Both the position numbers and the translations under genes were made by a program. From Convolutriloba macropyga (lineage: Eukaryota): DNA of 64,000 nucleotides. The stretch lies in NCBI RefSeq assembly GCF_964194025.1, contig NC_134469.1:79422001-79486000 (forward strand), given 5' to 3'. The first letter of the stretch is position 1, and the number at the start of each line of letters is the position of its first letter. Below are positions 59,990 to 64,000 of the stretch, one piece after another. A model generated the notes under the pieces. That model saw only the letters and a program-made list of their open reading frames with translations, was not told where the DNA came from and searched no databases.

Positions 59990-62962
59990 CTCTGACTCAC
60001 ATTTCTCTGAGTCACAACCAGCCAGCAAAAGCTACGCAAGCAAAGTCAGTGCTGCGACAGCCGGCAGAAGGTCTTTTAATAATACTCCGAAGGTCACTGG
60101 GAATCAGAATCAAGGGCGTGCCCGAAACACCTGATGATACAACAGACTGGCTCCAGGATGACAAGAAGAATGTTCTCGACATAATGTATCAGCTAGGCGT
60201 TGAAGCAAAGATAACCAATTTGACCAGACTCGGTCAAAAAGACCCGACGAAAGGGCCCCGAACCATCATAATCAATATTGAGAACGAACTCGAGAAATAA
60301 GTAATGGTGAAATCAGCCCAAAAGCTGAAAGATTATTCCACAATCCCAAACCCTGTCTTCATGAGTCACGAACTGAGCAAAAAAAATATGAAATAGGAGA
60401 ACGAGGCTCTCATCCTCAGACGCAAAAAGATTGCAGATGATTTCAATTCAAAACATCTAAGGAGCAGGAAACTTAAACTTCAGAATCTAGTGGGCAAAAC
60501 CTGGAAATAGTCTCTACCGTAGAAGAACAAAAGTGACTATACTCGTGTAACACCGAAACATCAAAACGAAACATGGAGGTGTCCTGATAGGCATTAAGCC
60601 CTCAATCTCAATTGAACTAGTACAATTGTATGCCATCTTCGAGGAATATCTTGTCATTAGAGTAAACGCTTCCCAACATTTTCTCATATGTTGCCTCTAC
60701 AATTCCCTTGTAAATAGTCCCTTCCGATGGAAACGTGATAAAAAATTGCTCTTCTTAACGAACTGAAAAGTAAACAAGCACTTCCAGATTGCAGGTTTGT
60801 CGTCATTTCCGGAGACATTAATTTCTCTAAGTTCTCATGGGACAGCATGGACTCAACCGACAACTACGAACAAAATATCTTGGACATTCTCTGTGAGCAT
60901 GGTTTCAAGCAGACTCTGGAACTCAACAACGAAAAGTCAATATCCGACCAAGCAGACTCTGGATCTCAATATCCGACCACCCTGCATACGCCAACACTAT
61001 CCAACTGACTGTCAATAGATGGACCCTTGTAAAACTCCAGCAAGTTAGCAGCCTTAAATCAGCGAATTGGGTATCCTTTGTCACTGCAACTCTTGAAAAG
61101 CCCTTCCAGCCATACTGCTATAGCAATGTCAATGTTCTCCTCCAAACTTGGTACCCATGGTTCCATTGCATCATGGAGGACAATTTGATGAAAGTCATTA
61201 AAAACAGAATGTCCCAGCCACCCTGGATTACAGGCAAAACATCCCACCTGCAAAACCTTCTTAAGACAAAGAAAAATAAGAAGAAGAACACCTTCAATGT
61301 GTCACAAGCTCTCAAAACTAAGAAACTGGAGAAACTGTTAAGCGAATCAATAGAGGATGATCTACTTGGTTCGGTGGTATAAGTAACATCATGTTGAAAA
61401 AGGCCGCCGATTGCATCTCTAAACCACTCATCTTTGTGTTTCAAACCATTGTAAATAACCCAGTGGATGTTTTGCCACTTTTTCCAACCCAATGGATGTC
61501 TTGCCACGTGTGCCCAGTTTTTAAAGATGGAAACCAAAAAGATGTGTGCTTCTATAGACCCATTAGCCTCTTAAGCTGCGTATCCAAGGTATTCGAAAGA
61601 ATGCTGTTTGATCACATCTATTCCTTTGTACATTCCTTTCTCCATGCTCAACAATTTGGATTTCGAAAAAAGCGATCAGCTATATTACAGCTTTTAGTTT
61701 TTCTTGACAGAATCCATCAGTACAACGACGACAAAGAACTGGAAAACTTGAGTGTCCTATATCTTGATTTTTTCTAAGCATTTGACACAGTTCCGCACAA
61801 TATTCTCATGAGAGAAGTGAGAAATTTCGGTAAAAGTGGAAAATTGCTGAAACTAATCAACAGCTTTTCATCGGGTCGTTTCAAATCTGTCAAACTAAAC
61901 AACGCAGTGTTGTCGCCGCTCCGAATAACAAGTGGAGTCCCTCAGGGCTCCATACGCGGTCCCATACTGTTTCTCATGTATATGAACGACTAATCAGTTT
62001 CTTTCCAAGAGCGTTTTGACTACGCAGATGACTGCACAATCCTCTTCAGAAATCAAGAAGAAATTGATGCAGGCACGAAAAAACTAGAATCGTGGTGGAT
62101 TCTTAACAACATAAAATTAAATACCAAAAAAATATAGTCTGGTTGTAATCAAAGGTGAAATGACTGCTACACTACAAAACCAAGAAGTTACCAGATCTTG
62201 TGTACAAAAGGATCTGGGTCTACTAGTATATAACTCGTTGTGATGGACTGAAAACTTTACTACTAGATCGAACAAATCCCTATGAGCCCTATATAAAATC
62301 AGAAGGAATGTCTCGGCACATTGTAACACTCAACTCAAAATCCATGCGTACATAGATTATGTCATGCCAATCCTCACTTTCTGCTCTCAAGCCTTTTATC
62401 CCAGCGTCAGCTCTCTGAAAATGTTAGAAATAATCCAAAAGCACTTTACAGTTTGGTTCTATGGGTACATTGACCACTACAAAGACAAGCTAATTCGCTG
62501 CAACCTCCTACCAGTATCCCCTTACATGGAGTTGCATGATGTATTTTACCTGTAATTGACATTTAACGGCAGAGTTGATATTAAACCCTGACTATAAATG
62601 AAAACGAGTAAACCACACAAGGTCAACGTAAAAAACTAGCAGTGAACAGCACCCGACAAAAAAAATCAGACGAGAACTTTGTCAGACGTGCCAGTTTTTT
62701 CGACAATATCCTATCTCAACACGCACAGTACACCAATGTAAACCTGAACAGGAGCTCCCTGACAAACATCTGTCCGCAATATTTTGTTGAATGTTACAAA
62801 GAATCTTGCACTTGGAGAATCTTGTGCCTGTATGGCTCATGCAACCCCTACGGAAAACTCACTAATAGATTTCACCAGAACTGTGCAAACAAATGAAATC
62901 TCAATCGCGATGAAAGCTGCCCCTGGAACTCCAAAATCCTATTACTATTACTACTACTACTA
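59990..62962 (+). mobile_element. Second, more decayed CR1/L2-group LINE of a related family; 5' boundary approximate
   Basis: ORF1 remnant LGIRIKGVPE...TRLG...PRTIII. RT motifs PVFKDG...YRPISLLSCVSKVFER, QFGFR, YLDF, SGVPQGSIRGPILFLMYMND, YADD near 62020. C-terminal CTWRILCLYGSC. Short (TAC/TAT)n tail at 62940-62962. Confidence 0.88.
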
Positions 62963-64000
62963 AATACCATAATTTTCAAACAAAACGATGAGTGTTTGGC
63001 GAGATTTTTTTAGCTCACTTACTTTATTGTACAAATTTATTTATTTTTTTAAGTATTTTAGTATTTCAGATTAAGTATTTTTTTATTAATTAAGCCAAAC
63101 AGTGTTTATGATATCACCGTTACTTTGTAGCTTTGTCAAAACCTGCTTGTACCACCATTAAAAGCTCTGCCGTGCAAGAGCGGAGGACAGAGAAAAGAGG
63201 AATGGACATAAGAAAACCATCACACAATTAATTACAAAATAAATGAAAAACAAATATTCAAGTAGAAAATAATTATAAAATCAATCTTAAAAACTAAAAA
63301 AAAGAACAAACACGTCAATGCCCCGGTTTTTCAAGAATATTAGTTTGAAATAGTAAAGGAGTTGAATGTGAACGATGCAAAAATTCTTTTCATGTGCCAA
63401 AAAATCAGCAACGAAGAATAAAAAATAATGAAGGATATTGTATGATTCTGTACTCACTGCAACAATTTACCAAAAAGAGAACTCAAGACACAGAGGTTTT
63501 TTGCTTGATATGTTGACAACTTAACGAACTGGAAGAGCACTTCATTTTACATTAAAAAAATGTAGATGCAAACGGCTTTTCCCGCCAGGAATTTGCGTTA
63601 AAAAGAAAAAAAAGGCATGCAAGTGATAAAGTAAGCTTACTGATACCTCTACAATTCCGATGTTTCGTAGTTGTGCACCATTGAATTACATGAACAATAT
63701 AATAAAACACATTTGGCGTAGTTTTATTTGTTGCACGAGTAATTGGAAAGGTTTTGACGAGACACATAAAATAATTCAGAATATATGGTTAAAAAATCAT
63801 TAGTACTCTGCAATTCGGACCGCACAAAATTCCAAACGAAACTCTGGAAACAATTTTGGCAGGGAAACAGAAAACCTCAAATACCGAGAAGAAATTATGT
63901 CATTGGCGAAAAATAATCGAAAGGAAAAAATAAACAATTTATTACACAGGCAATACTCAGAAAAAGAAAGCTTGCTTGCCTTCGCTTAAGTCCTTTCAAC

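Overview
AT-rich, repeat-rich eukaryotic genomic DNA, most likely from an invertebrate animal; the taxon cannot be fixed from the window. Six host genes can be reconstructed by hand with GT-AG splice sites and consistent exon phases. All lie head-to-tail on the minus strand: eIF4H (7 exons) > FKBP-like/TPR co-chaperone (2 exons) > PARL rhomboid protease (1 exon) > orphan type-I membrane protein (3 exons) > XRN2-binding-domain (XTBD) protein (2 exons, last exon triplicated in a 1.2-kb tandem repeat) > RPL34. Each of the six has a T-rich AG acceptor 5-11 nt upstream of its ATG, and four of five gene-to-gene gaps are 0.4-1.1 kb. This is the expected signature of a spliced-leader trans-spliced operon and is the main candidate system (inference). 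Mobile DNA includes a young, intact 9,977-bp BEL/Pao LTR retrotransposon with an unusual 2.3-kb leader (extra ORF, 4x spaced 38-nt hairpin array). There are also two decayed CR1/L2-group LINEs, one with a separate SGNH-esterase ORF, at least three families of Helentron/HINE-like elements (one nested set), fold-back palindromes and several local duplications.
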